Source: a virus
Lineage: Duplodnaviria > Caudoviricetes
Virus record (IMG/VR): IMGVR_UViG_3300044676_000300
Location: 1-36,803 of that record
Direction: 5' to 3' (one strand)
DNA: 36,803 bases
In this document: one piece after another, positions 10,123 to 19,764 of the stretch
Layout of the letters: the number at the start of each line of letters is the position of its first letter
Position numbering within the stretch: position 1 is the stretch's first letter
Program-made: the position numbers and the translations under genes
Notes under the pieces: model-generated
Told to the model about the DNA's origin: nothing
Seen by the model: the letters and a program-made list of their open reading frames with translations, nothing else
The model's database searches: none

Positions 10123-10151
10123 ACAATACCACGCTAGGCAGCATCCGTCCA
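10123..10151 (-). promoter_or_regulatory. Putative internal late promoter
   Basis: TGGACG-N17-TATTGT with extended -10 TG, in the intergenic gap ahead of RBS AAAGGAA. Confidence 0.45.
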
Positions 10152-10976
10152 TATTTCTGCCGATACAGCTTGCTCTGTCCAAGTTTCTCCACCAACAACA
10201 GGCTCCAACCAACCGCGAACAATGATGTCTTTTCCTGCATAGACATATGACCCTGCATTTGCAGCTATATTCATGTTCTTGGTAAAGTTGAAGTTTTGTC
10301 CCGTTGTGGTGTAAGAGCCACTTGCAACAATCATTTTAACGCCAACAGAGAAAGCCGCATCTGCGCCTGTCAATGCAAACGAACCTGACGCTAAGTCAAC
10401 ATTCATCGATATGACTGTGCCTATGTCGTTACCAGTTAAAGCAAACGATCCAGCGTCAAAACTTTCAGAAATATCAACGTCTATTTCTTGGCCAGTTACT
10501 GTAAACGTACCGCTGTCTGCGCCTATGTTGTATGCGGCAAACAATCCGACATCTTGACCAGTTAGCGTGTACGATCCCGCCGACACAACTTCGCTGATGT
10601 CTACATCAATTTCTTGGCCTGTGACGGTAAATGTACCTGCGTTTGCCAGAATACTGACATGCACAATGTACGTCTGATCTTGCCCTGTGACAGTGTATGA
10701 CCCTGTTGTAGTCTTTAACGCATAACCGCGTGTTGACCCTGCGTCCTGACCAGTAAGGTTAAACGTGCCAGCATCAACCGCCACGCTCATTACTTTTGTA
10801 AGATCAACCGCGCGACCATCAAGCGTAAATACGCCTGTCGGTGCTACGTCTGTAATTAGCTTGCCTGCACCCTGATAGCTTACCGCATAGCTGCCCGCGT
10901 CTACTTCGAACGTCAGACCCTGTAGGGCGCTTGTTGCGCCTAGCGGGGTTGCAGCTATGGGGGTAAAGCCAAGCAT
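10134..10976 (-). CDS. Repeat-rich tail structural protein (280 aa)
   Basis: About 11 copies of a ~22-aa unit with consensus (A/S)G(S/T)(F/Y)xxTGQD; C-terminal W(T/L)E/D repeats. Confidence 0.65.
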   Translation of the reverse strand: MLGFTPIAATPLGATSALQGLTFEVDAGSYAVSYQGAGKLITDVAPTGVFTLDGRAVDLTKVMSVAVDAGTFNLTGQDAGSTRGYALKTTTGSYTVTGQDQTYIVHVSILANAGTFTVTGQEIDVDISEVVSAGSYTLTGQDVGLFAAYNIGADSGTFTVTGQEIDVDISESFDAGSFALTGNDIGTVISMNVDLASGSFALTGADAAFSVGVKMIVASGSYTTTGQNFNFTKNMNIAANAGSYVYAGKDIIVRGWLEPVVGGETWTEQAVSAEIWTDAA

Positions 10977-10986
10977 GTTTTACATC

Positions 10987-11382
10987 CTATTCAGGTTTCG
11001 TGGGCCAAGTAATGTCTAATGGGAAGCCATCTTGTGCTGGCACATCACGCAATGCCTGACGATAGTCTATTTCGGCTTGTGTCATTGTGCGGTCACTTAC
11101 AGCCCACCAATCTGTTTCTGCTAGGAGGGTGTTGCGTTCTGTGCGTTGTTCTTCTGATAACTTCAGAAAACCACCTGACAATGAAAATTGCTCACCATCA
11201 TAAGAATACTTAAAGCAGGTAAAATCTTCAGGCACATTCACGTTATCGTAAACCACTATGTTGTCGGATTTACCTTCAGAATACTTGACGTTATCTACGG
11301 TCAGAATGCCATCATCATCGAAACTATGTGTGGCTGTTCCATGATAGAGGCAAAGGTTTGTATTTGTTGTTATCAAATTCAT
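10987..11382 (-). CDS. Tail fibre assembly chaperone (131 aa)
   Basis: RTERNTLLAETDW...YRQALRDVPAQDGFP..ITWPTKP signature. Confidence 0.85.
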   Translation of the reverse strand: MNLITTNTNLCLYHGTATHSFDDDGILTVDNVKYSEGKSDNIVVYDNVNVPEDFTCFKYSYDGEQFSLSGGFLKLSEEQRTERNTLLAETDWWAVSDRTMTQAEIDYRQALRDVPAQDGFPLDITWPTKPE

Positions 11383-11393
11383 CTCTACTACTC

Positions 11394-12974
11394 CTAGAAT
11401 AACAATACTGACGTTGAACTAATTGCAATCGCTTTTGCGTTATCAAGAGTTGCGAAAAGACTACCCGATGACAAATTTATTCCATATGATTTGCCAATAT
11501 TTAAGTTTGACAACCCCCCTGCCGTGCCGCCTGATACGGCAATTTTCCCAGTTGAATTTGCGCTTATATTTTCTTTAGCAATCCCAACAAAAGCATCGTT
11601 TACAAAATCACCTTTATTGAAAATATGAATGTCAGATCGTACTGTATTATAAGTAGAAGTGTTATACCACACTTGACCCAAAGCAATCTTTCCATCGCCA
11701 CTGTAAGTTGATCTATAATAACTAAGAGAGGCAGTATCAAAACTGCTGTTTACTTGAATTGGGTTAAACGCTAGAGAGAAAGTTCCATCCCCATTATAGT
11801 TTTGTTTTAATAGAACAAATCTACTTGTTGATGTCGCAAACCCAATAGCCCACAGTTCATAGGTATCATAATCCATACCATAGTTCGAAGGAAAGCCATA
11901 ATAACTATGTACGTTCTCTGGTTTTTCTAATGTTGTGACAGAAGAGACAAGTTCACTGACAGTATTGCTTGCATTTATTCTATAAACATATTGCGTGCTG
12001 CCTTCCCAAAAATCTGTGTCACTTAACCACTGACTACCGTGAGCAGTGGCTGACCAGCTACCACTTAAAGTTGTAGTAGTGTATGATAGTGTTGTTCCGC
12101 TAACTGTACCGACCACATAGTGTTTTCCACTGCTAACCTGTGTGGCTATAACAAACTTTCCTGTATTTGGATTGACCGAAACAGCCGCATTAGCAAGGGT
12201 ATTAGCGTCGATAGTGTACTGAGTTCCAGCCGTAAGAGTTGTGCCAGAAACACTTAAGGCCCTAAAACGCTGCCGTGTTCCAGCAGAATTAGCATTATAT
12301 GTTATAATTATTTGGCCTGTTGGAAAAACGTCCATCATATGACCATATGAATTATATGAAGTTACTTGGTAAGGCGTTCCAATAGTTAAAGCCCCAGAGC
12401 TGCTAACTTGTATTGCCCATGTTTTAAGGTAGCTGTTAGTAGCACCTTGGTTGTTAACGGACACTGCCCATGTGTTATTATCAGTTGGTATATATTCAAT
12501 CGCACCAGCATAACCAGGGGCATTGCTCATTTGGTATATGAGCGATCTAGTTCCCCAAGTGATTGTTCCATCAGAGGCAACACTACCACCGCACACATAA
12601 TAACCAGCATTACCATAATAACTGCTAGTTGTTTGAACTGCAGTCAGCCATAATACTCTTGTGTTATCATGGTTAAATTTTATTTCATTATACATAGGCT
12701 GATATGACGAACCCATAAAAATGCCAGTGAAAGCACTTGCACTTTCTTCACTACCAGCGGTGTCTAAAGTCTCCATCGTTTGTACTTTGCCATCTGAACG
12801 TAAGCCAACAATGTCACCTGTAGAAACGGCAGCGGCAGCAGTGAATGTTTGCTCTCCACCGCCGCCAACACCCCCAGCACTAATCGCCGCCGCTGTAGTG
12901 GCATCAACACCCGTAATGTTCGTAAGGTTTCTACTATTGTTTACGACTGTATAGCCGCTAACTTGTAAAGCCAT
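11394..12974 (-). CDS. Receptor-binding / tail-tip protein, probable beta-propeller (526 aa)
   Basis: Ser/Thr/Tyr-rich, visibly AT-richer; repeated VSGTTL blades; located between fibre and chaperone. Confidence 0.65.
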   Translation of the reverse strand: MALQVSGYTVVNNSRNLTNITGVDATTAAAISAGGVGGGGEQTFTAAAAVSTGDIVGLRSDGKVQTMETLDTAGSEESASAFTGIFMGSSYQPMYNEIKFNHDNTRVLWLTAVQTTSSYYGNAGYYVCGGSVASDGTITWGTRSLIYQMSNAPGYAGAIEYIPTDNNTWAVSVNNQGATNSYLKTWAIQVSSSGALTIGTPYQVTSYNSYGHMMDVFPTGQIIITYNANSAGTRQRFRALSVSGTTLTAGTQYTIDANTLANAAVSVNPNTGKFVIATQVSSGKHYVVGTVSGTTLSYTTTTLSGSWSATAHGSQWLSDTDFWEGSTQYVYRINASNTVSELVSSVTTLEKPENVHSYYGFPSNYGMDYDTYELWAIGFATSTSRFVLLKQNYNGDGTFSLAFNPIQVNSSFDTASLSYYRSTYSGDGKIALGQVWYNTSTYNTVRSDIHIFNKGDFVNDAFVGIAKENISANSTGKIAVSGGTAGGLSNLNIGKSYGINLSSGSLFATLDNAKAIAISSTSVLLF

Positions 12975-12992
12975 CTTCGTGTCCTTCCACTA

Positions 12993-15230
12993 TTAGCCAT
13001 TAAGTTGTTTCTTCAGAGCGTCGATTTGCTCCTGCTGTTCTTTGATTGCTTCCACCAAGTGACCAATCATGCCGATGTAATTGACAGACTTCATGCCTGT
13101 GTCTTCATCAGTGTTCACAAGGTCTGGCAGAATGGGTTCTACCTGTTGAGCAATGAAGCCATGACCGCGTGTGCCTGTGTCTTTCCAATCAAACGAAACA
13201 CCTTCAAGCTGCGTTACATCTGACAATGCATTTGTGATTGGCTTGATGTTGTCTTTTAGACGTTCATCTGAGGTGCTGTTTAGGTCACCAGACACTAGGA
13301 CGTGAGGTGAACTATTCTTGACCTCTAGTCGCTCTGATCCACCTACGACAACACGCCACTGATCATCCGCGTGGAACTGCATGTAAGTGTTGGTGTCACC
13401 GTGGTGGAATATTTGGTCGCAACCATAGATATCATAGTTATTCATATCTAGGTGTTGGAACATCTCCATGTAGGTGTTGCCGATGGTTACCTTGTTAACA
13501 CCATTGTAATAAAATGATGTGCCTGCGTTTTCTGTCCACTGAACATGCCAATCGCCATTTTCGTCATCGTAGATACCAGCAACCGCACCGTCAGTCATAA
13601 ACGACCAGCGACCTTCGTTTGAACTATTGCGGATTTGCAAGCCGCCCCAACCTGATGTGCTAGACGATATCTGAAGCAAGTCTGCGCGGTCACCACTTTC
13701 AGATAAGGTTACGCCTGATCCAAATGTCGCAGATGTAAATGACGGGGTAGACGATCCGTTGAACGTGATAGTTTCGTTCGAACTTTGGTCTGTCGTAAAG
13801 TTACCGCCGCCAGACAGGTTTGTCCCTGCGCTTAGTGTGATTGTAGCGTTGTTAGGAATGGTGTCTGTGTTTGTTACTGTCTCAGTAGCAGATGTAATAC
13901 CTGTGATGTGACCGTATGTATCAAGCGTAATGTCTTGGATATAGGTACGACCAGAGTTGTTCACAGAGCCTTGGCTTGACGTATCAGCGTGGCTGATGGT
14001 TACCGCGCCAGATGTACCACCGCCAGTTAAACCAGAGCCAGCAGTAACACCTGTAATGTCTCCCACGTTTGTAGTGTAACCATTTGGGTTAGATGCGGGA
14101 TAATAATAGCTGCCATGTTGGCCATCCAGCAAATCAGCATCTAGGCCAGAGCCTGAACCATCGTTGCCAGCATGCCAGACGAAAGTTGTGTTATTTCCTA
14201 CTGTAAAACCACCGTCTGCACGAATGCGCCCAGGTGAGTAAACACCATTAACAAACTCACTAAGCTGGTTTAAGCGTAGATAGCCATCATTGTAATCCGC
14301 TGACAAAGCTGTACGGTTGTTAAATGCTATACCTCTTGCGTCATTGGTGTCATTAGCACTAAAGTTAAGTACATCTTGACCATCCTGAGATAGTGTAAGC
14401 GTACCTGTCATAGTATCGCCAGAGGCATTCACAAAACGGCTGTCTGCTTCTGTCTCTGTGTAGTAACGACCATCGTGAGTGTGACTATCGTTTGCCACTG
14501 TCACGTTAATTGACGTAGTGCCAGAACCGCTTGCATCGCCTGTCAGTGTGATTGTCTGGTTGCCTGTCAAGAATGCACTTGCATGGTTGCCGTCTAGTGT
14601 ATCTGCGTCTAAGCCTGAACCAGAGCCATCGACGGTCTTGATTGCTGTTAGTATCTCACTGGCAGATTGGTCTGCTGTAGCACCGCTTTCGATACCGTTC
14701 AGTTTCGTATGGTCAGCATCAGTAAATACGTTACTGTCTGTCGCGCTTTCGACCAATGTGCGTATCTCTGCTGCTGTTTGATCCGCTGTAGCACCGCTTT
14801 CGATGCCATCTAGCTTTGTGCCATCCGCAGCGACATCGCGCCCGTCTACCGTGCCAGTGACAGCCAGATTGCCTGTTACCGTAGCACCCGTTGACGTAGG
14901 CTCAACCTTAGTAGACCCTTCGTGCTGCAAGCGATTGAGGTCATCAGCTACCGCCGTGATCGACACTGTTGCCGCCCCACTCAAGCTGATAGCTGCGCCT
15001 GAATTACTGCTTTCTGTCGGGCTGCGTGTTAGTGATGTGCCAGTTGAGCTATAAGTACCAGTGCCAATTTCAAAGTTGCCACCTTCCTCAATAACGTATT
15101 GAACGACATCACCATTAGAAACACCCGCATCTGCGAATGATTGGTAGCCCACAGACGCACCACCAAGAGTGACTGTGCCGCTACCAGTAGTGGATGTCGT
15201 CATCTTGGCCCTGTTAAAAAGTTTAGCCAT
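12993..15230 (-). CDS. Long tail fibre with C-terminal intramolecular chaperone (peptidase S74) (745 aa)
   Basis: SDERLKDNI, GFIAQQVE, VNYIG and coiled-coil end; GSGSGLDAD and KLxGIESGATADQ fibre repeats. Confidence 0.9.
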   Translation of the reverse strand: MAKLFNRAKMTTSTTGSGTVTLGGASVGYQSFADAGVSNGDVVQYVIEEGGNFEIGTGTYSSTGTSLTRSPTESSNSGAAISLSGAATVSITAVADDLNRLQHEGSTKVEPTSTGATVTGNLAVTGTVDGRDVAADGTKLDGIESGATADQTAAEIRTLVESATDSNVFTDADHTKLNGIESGATADQSASEILTAIKTVDGSGSGLDADTLDGNHASAFLTGNQTITLTGDASGSGTTSINVTVANDSHTHDGRYYTETEADSRFVNASGDTMTGTLTLSQDGQDVLNFSANDTNDARGIAFNNRTALSADYNDGYLRLNQLSEFVNGVYSPGRIRADGGFTVGNNTTFVWHAGNDGSGSGLDADLLDGQHGSYYYPASNPNGYTTNVGDITGVTAGSGLTGGGTSGAVTISHADTSSQGSVNNSGRTYIQDITLDTYGHITGITSATETVTNTDTIPNNATITLSAGTNLSGGGNFTTDQSSNETITFNGSSTPSFTSATFGSGVTLSESGDRADLLQISSSTSGWGGLQIRNSSNEGRWSFMTDGAVAGIYDDENGDWHVQWTENAGTSFYYNGVNKVTIGNTYMEMFQHLDMNNYDIYGCDQIFHHGDTNTYMQFHADDQWRVVVGGSERLEVKNSSPHVLVSGDLNSTSDERLKDNIKPITNALSDVTQLEGVSFDWKDTGTRGHGFIAQQVEPILPDLVNTDEDTGMKSVNYIGMIGHLVEAIKEQQEQIDALKKQLNG

Positions 15231-15242
15231 GATGACCCTCCA

Positions 15243-15674
15243 TTATGCCATTGTTAGGATGCCGTTTGTCCCAATGTCGATTGTGAATGTATCACCATCG
15301 TTCAAGGTCAAGGATGTCCCATAGTCGTAATATCCGATCACAGGATCGGCTGGTGATGTTGGCGTGTCGTTGTAGATCACAACATAGCGAAACGCTGCTA
15401 CTGAGCCACCTGATGCAGTTAGCGTCAAGTCATCCGCAGATAGCTTGTATGTGCCGCCTGTCTGTGTGCTTGTGACCGTAGTCAGTGTGCGCGATGACAG
15501 GTTTGTGTAAGAGATTTCGCTGATGTTCGCTAAAACGCCGTTGCCATCTGCTGTTACATCTGTTCCCGCTGTTGGATCAGTGTTTGACAACGCAACCGCC
15601 AACGTGTCTGCGTCTAAGTCCATCGCATTCGCCATGTTTTTGACGAAATCATTTACCTTGGTAAAACTAGCCAT
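15243..15674 (-). CDS. Conserved tail structural protein (143 aa)
   Basis: FRYVVIYNDT...IGYYDYG..LTLNDGDTFTI motif; between adaptor and fibre. Confidence 0.65.
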   Translation of the reverse strand: MASFTKVNDFVKNMANAMDLDADTLAVALSNTDPTAGTDVTADGNGVLANISEISYTNLSSRTLTTVTSTQTGGTYKLSADDLTLTASGGSVAAFRYVVIYNDTPTSPADPVIGYYDYGTSLTLNDGDTFTIDIGTNGILTMA

Positions 15675-16295
15675 TTAGTAACTCCTAATCTTTAAACGAC
15701 GACCTGAACCGCCTGACTTGGCTCTTTCATTCTCTACGTTTATAGCATCAATTGAACTCTGAAACAATGCTGCCCATGTTTGCATACGTGCGTCTTCACC
15801 TAAGAATGGTGCAGAGTGTATTAATGCACCATAAAGATATGCGTCTGGGTGGTATTGTAAGACCCAGTTTGATGCATTTGATCCTGACAATTTATCTATT
15901 GCTGAATAGTATACCATTTCCAAGGTATATTGTGTGTCAGGCGTAGGGAATAGCTCAATGGTGCCATCTGTGATCGCATAGTACCGTGGCTTACCTGCTG
16001 TGTCGCTAGTTGATTGGCGACGATCCATAATCTCACCCTGACCAACTAACTCTACTGCGTGTGGTGGATCAGCTTGCAGAACAAAACGTACAGGCTCTAG
16101 AAAATCACTAGGAAGCGCAGTATATTGAGTGTCTACCGTTGCGTTCGATCTACGCTCCATGCGCCAGTGACGCAATTGACGATCCATCGTAGCCTCTGCC
16201 AGATCGATGAAAGTCTGTATGCGTGTTGTTTGATCATCACGGTCTAGGAAGTCCGCAATAACCGTTTGTAGCTCTGAGTATGTGGTAATTGGCAT
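15675..16295 (-). CDS. Head-tail adaptor protein (206 aa)
   Basis: ITTYSELQ..IADFLDRDD, LPSDFLE, GKPRYYA, HPDAYLYGAL motifs. Confidence 0.8.
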   Translation of the reverse strand: MPITTYSELQTVIADFLDRDDQTTRIQTFIDLAEATMDRQLRHWRMERRSNATVDTQYTALPSDFLEPVRFVLQADPPHAVELVGQGEIMDRRQSTSDTAGKPRYYAITDGTIELFPTPDTQYTLEMVYYSAIDKLSGSNASNWVLQYHPDAYLYGALIHSAPFLGEDARMQTWAALFQSSIDAINVENERAKSGGSGRRLKIRSY

Positions 16296-18107
16296 TTATT
16301 CTTCCTCTTGCAGCGCTTGTTGCGTGACCATCATGGCTACAACCCACTGTGGCGCACTCATCTTCTTAGCTTGCTTTATCAAAGCGTTTGTGACTTTGCC
16401 TTCTGATAGCACTTTTTGCGCAAATGCGTAAGCCACATCACGACCCTGCGTTTTTTCAATATCAATAAAAGTATTAACTGTATCCGTATTGATTGCCCGC
16501 CACGGTTGCTTTGCTTTTGTCGGACTACTTTCATAAACTTTGTAATCCGCACTATTCATTAACAAACCGCCGCCAGTACCCTTTTCGCGCTGCGCTGCTG
16601 ACAAATCCGCAAATGCTAAGTTGGCTGGAACACCGCGACTTCCATCTAAAAATGTAACCGCTGGGCCTATCTTCGCTACGCCTGTATCGTATGTTGTAGA
16701 CATTTCAGGGGTAGTTTCTAGTAACCCACGCTGCAAATCTGGGGTGAACCCACGATAACCTATTGTTCCCCAATCCATACCCATTTGGGCTTCGTCTGCC
16801 ACTGCTAAACGGGCATCATGCACTTTCGGCATTCCGCGTTTATAAAGATTGGTTTTATCCAGACCCTTCAGGAAATATGCCCTTTGAGTGCCTGTTGGCA
16901 AAGATCGCATATAGCTAAGAATTGCTTCTGGTTCCGCTACTGACGTAAAGTCCCTAAAGGGATATGTCGTAACTGATTTTGTTTTTGGCGTACCGTCTGC
17001 TTTTTTTATGATATTGCCATCAGCATCCCGAACCTTAACTAGCTCTGGAACCCCAATGTTTCGTATAGCATTGTCAATGTATTCTAGGTCTTTACCCTCA
17101 ATGTCGCCCATCTCAACGGCTTTTCGCACCATTTTTCCATATGTTTCACCTGTATGCAGCGCAAAGTCTGATGACTTTTCACCCATCAAAAAAGACATAT
17201 AAAACGGATCAGTGCTTTCTAATGCTTCGTTTAGCTTTGAAGATGTAGCAGATTGTGCGCCCGCATACCCCTGAAGTGGGTTGTCTACATCTATATATTC
17301 GAAACCAGCCAAACTTCTTTGCGGGTCATCACTTAGATCGTATTTACCAACAGACAAAATATCATGTCTACCTGTTTGATCCCCCACAATCGCTAGAACA
17401 TCCCTACCTTCTAAGTCAGCAAAATCACCAACAACTGGTGAAACTGTTTCACCTGTCGGCCTAACTACGCTTTCATGCTCTAATAGCGCTATAGGTTTTT
17501 GTGATTTCAAATTAGAAGTGTTGGACATCGGAACATACGGTTCGCCTGTCATATACTCTATGACGTTAGGTGTTTCTTCAAGACGTGCTTTTATTTCGGC
17601 ACCGCTTCGGACACGATCAACTACAGCATCCGCACCAACACCCACGGGTACACCGCCCTCATAGAATGCATCTCTTACGCCCTCTAGATCACCTTCTAGC
17701 AATGATCGGGTTGCGTACTTTACATCAGATGGTACAGCATCAGCTAGTCTTTCTGCGCCAGAAACAATGCCACGGGCCACAGTATCACCAACAACAGGAA
17801 CAGCACCAGCGACAGTAGCAAGGCCCAGCGCGGCAGCTAAGGGATAGTTTGGATCATCCTTTGATAGCTCTTGCCCTAAATCCATTGCACCAGTGATCTC
17901 ACCTAGGACAGGTAAAAAGTCACCATAATCCTGTACAAATTGTACGCTTGCTGGCGTTTGTGATCTGTCACCTAGAAGCGTTGTGCGGTTAGCTGGTGGC
18001 GTGTAATTGACCAGTTCATCACGATCTTGCACCAAGCCACCCAAAAATTCACCTAAACGCTCCCGACGATCACGCGCTGGCAATGTCAAAAACTCTATAA
18101 AGTTCAC
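16296..18107 (-). CDS. Putative virion-associated effector with pre-toxin (PT-TG-like) N-terminal motif and unknown C-terminal domain (603 aa)
   Basis: GDFLPVLGEI...GAVPVVGD paired motif at aa ~62-108; ~430-aa globular region; GTGA overlap with upstream gene. Confidence 0.5.
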   Translation of the reverse strand: MNFIEFLTLPARDRRERLGEFLGGLVQDRDELVNYTPPANRTTLLGDRSQTPASVQFVQDYGDFLPVLGEITGAMDLGQELSKDDPNYPLAAALGLATVAGAVPVVGDTVARGIVSGAERLADAVPSDVKYATRSLLEGDLEGVRDAFYEGGVPVGVGADAVVDRVRSGAEIKARLEETPNVIEYMTGEPYVPMSNTSNLKSQKPIALLEHESVVRPTGETVSPVVGDFADLEGRDVLAIVGDQTGRHDILSVGKYDLSDDPQRSLAGFEYIDVDNPLQGYAGAQSATSSKLNEALESTDPFYMSFLMGEKSSDFALHTGETYGKMVRKAVEMGDIEGKDLEYIDNAIRNIGVPELVKVRDADGNIIKKADGTPKTKSVTTYPFRDFTSVAEPEAILSYMRSLPTGTQRAYFLKGLDKTNLYKRGMPKVHDARLAVADEAQMGMDWGTIGYRGFTPDLQRGLLETTPEMSTTYDTGVAKIGPAVTFLDGSRGVPANLAFADLSAAQREKGTGGGLLMNSADYKVYESSPTKAKQPWRAINTDTVNTFIDIEKTQGRDVAYAFAQKVLSEGKVTNALIKQAKKMSAPQWVVAMMVTQQALQEEE

Positions 18108-18529
18108 CGCTCAACTCCGCGTAGATAGTCAATCAAACTAAGCATTGCACTCATACGTCTTACTGGGGAAGCTGATACACCCTGCGATGCTGCACTACCA
18201 AGAGACATCAACGACTGCATTGTGTCGCCTGCATCACGGGCTGTTCTGAAGTCCCGCAAGTCTTCTTGCGCATTTTCATACGCAACCATTGGGCTGTTGA
18301 CGTAGCGCATACGGCCTACTGGAACCCCAGCGCGTGGGCCAAACTCTGACATGGCTTCGCTGTAAACAGGACGCGCAGACAGACGACTGTTGTTCAGTTC
18401 ATCCATCGCCTGCATGATTGTATCGTCGCTATAGAAGTAACCTTCGGTGTCATCTTCGCGCAAACGAAAAGCGTTTTCGGTGTCACCCGTCATTTGTGCG
18501 TAGTTTAAACGTAATTCGTAGCTGTCCAT
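18104..18529 (-). CDS. Hypothetical protein (141 aa)
   Basis: Start reassigned to ATG 18529 (TAATG overlap, RBS GAGGGG); coupled at both ends. Confidence 0.7.
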   Translation of the reverse strand: MDSYELRLNYAQMTGDTENAFRLREDDTEGYFYSDDTIMQAMDELNNSRLSARPVYSEAMSEFGPRAGVPVGRMRYVNSPMVAYENAQEDLRDFRTARDAGDTMQSLMSLGSAASQGVSASPVRRMSAMLSLIDYLRGVER

Positions 18530-18741
18530 TAGCCCCTCACCGATTTTTTTCCACGGCATCCCCATGCCTTGCGTCTGACTTTGACTTTTTCAGTTTGTTT
18601 CTGGCCCGAACTACGCGCACAATACGCGTCACCGCGCTTGGTGCCTTTCGCAGATGTTCGCTTATGTGTACGGCCCTTGCTATCCTTGTATGTCGTTCCA
18701 TTCGCGTACTTTACTGATGCAGGGGTCTTCTTGCGTGGCAT
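18529..18741 (-). CDS. Small basic protein, DUF6321-like (70 aa)
   Basis: AYCARSSG...RRKAWGC motif; Lys/Arg-rich; TAATG-coupled. Confidence 0.65.
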   Translation of the reverse strand: MPRKKTPASVKYANGTTYKDSKGRTHKRTSAKGTKRGDAYCARSSGQKQTEKVKVRRKAWGCRGKKSVRG

Positions 18742-19502
18742 TAGTACATTCCTAGCAGTGACCGTGCGATTTTGCGTTTTGGCTTCATGTTGCCGCGACT
18801 GTTGTAGATACTTGGCAATGCAGGTGGAGCAATCAAACCTACAGAGGCGTAATCTGTTTCTGGTTTATATAACTCACGCTCACCGCGCTCACCCGCTAAC
18901 ATATTGGCAAACTCACTATAATGCCCAGCGCCCTCAAAGCGACCACCCTCTGCCTGCGGCCCGCCACGGTCATACATATCTCTGATATTGCGATAACCGA
19001 TGTCGGCGCGATCAACTAGATATTCTCCTTCATCATCCTTCTCACGGGCCATGCCTAGCGGTCTTATCTTCATCGCGTTACCGATCATAGACAAAGGCCC
19101 ACCGCCGTAGAATGCTGTACCGTACTGATCCTGACCACCACCATCGAATGCGTCTGTCAGTGCGCCTACCCATTGTCCGTTGTTTGCATAATAACCAAAG
19201 TTGCCATCGTTATTGTATTTGGCCCGTGCTTCTAGGAAGTTTTCACGCTGCTTGGGATCAGTTAAATCGTATGATTTTTTTCCACCTTTACCACCGCCAC
19301 CTAGAACGCTTTGCGCTTTAGGTTTTGCGCCTGATACTGGGCCTGCACTTACTACATTAGGCAACGCTGGTGCATTGCTTGGTGCGCCATTGGAATATGG
19401 ATCACCCAGACCACTACTTGCCAAGATTTGTCTATGGCGCGTTACTCTTGGATCGTCGTCTTTTAATCTTGTGCCGCTTGGGCCACCATACGTTACAGGC
19501 AT
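18741..19502 (-). CDS. Gly-rich hypothetical protein with internal duplication (253 aa)
   Basis: DAFDGGGQDQYGTAFYGGGPLSMIGN versus DMYDRGGPQAEGGRFEGAGHYSEFAN; TAATG-coupled. Confidence 0.75.
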   Translation of the reverse strand: MPVTYGGPSGTRLKDDDPRVTRHRQILASSGLGDPYSNGAPSNAPALPNVVSAGPVSGAKPKAQSVLGGGGKGGKKSYDLTDPKQRENFLEARAKYNNDGNFGYYANNGQWVGALTDAFDGGGQDQYGTAFYGGGPLSMIGNAMKIRPLGMAREKDDEGEYLVDRADIGYRNIRDMYDRGGPQAEGGRFEGAGHYSEFANMLAGERGERELYKPETDYASVGLIAPPALPSIYNSRGNMKPKRKIARSLLGMY

Positions 19503-19555
19503 TATTTTTTCTTCCCGCCCTTACGACCTTTTTTCTTATATCCGCAGCCCATCAT
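19502..19555 (-). CDS. 17-aa basic micropeptide MMGCGYKKKGRKGGKKK
   Basis: Not in the ORF track; fills the gap exactly, with ATGA overlap upstream and TAATG overlap downstream. Confidence 0.65.
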   Translation of the reverse strand: MMGCGYKKKGRKGGKKK

Positions 19556-19740
19556 GCTTTCCTTTTCTTCTGTACAACTTTCTTGGCAACTACAGCCATG
19601 TTGTCGATTAGGTTAGGATAGGGGCGACCAGCATCTGCTGCGCGGCTTCTAGCGCGGGCAACCTGACCTTCTGTCATTTTCTTGCGCTTCTTCTTAGGCT
19701 TCGGATTGTCCGTTTCCCAAGGTGCCTTTTGCTTTGCCAT
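19552..19740 (-). CDS. Small basic protein (62 aa)
   Basis: Lys/Arg-rich; AGRPYPNLIDNM motif; RBS GGGGA. Confidence 0.75.
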   Translation of the reverse strand: MAKQKAPWETDNPKPKKKRKKMTEGQVARARSRAADAGRPYPNLIDNMAVVAKKVVQKKRKA

Positions 19741-19764
19741 ATCGATGTCCCCGTGTTTGAGGCC

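Noticed and set aside
8355-15230. Diversity-generating retroelement or invertible tail cassette
   Set aside because: No reverse transcriptase or invertase gene; no ~100-bp TR/VR pair or flanking inverted repeats seen
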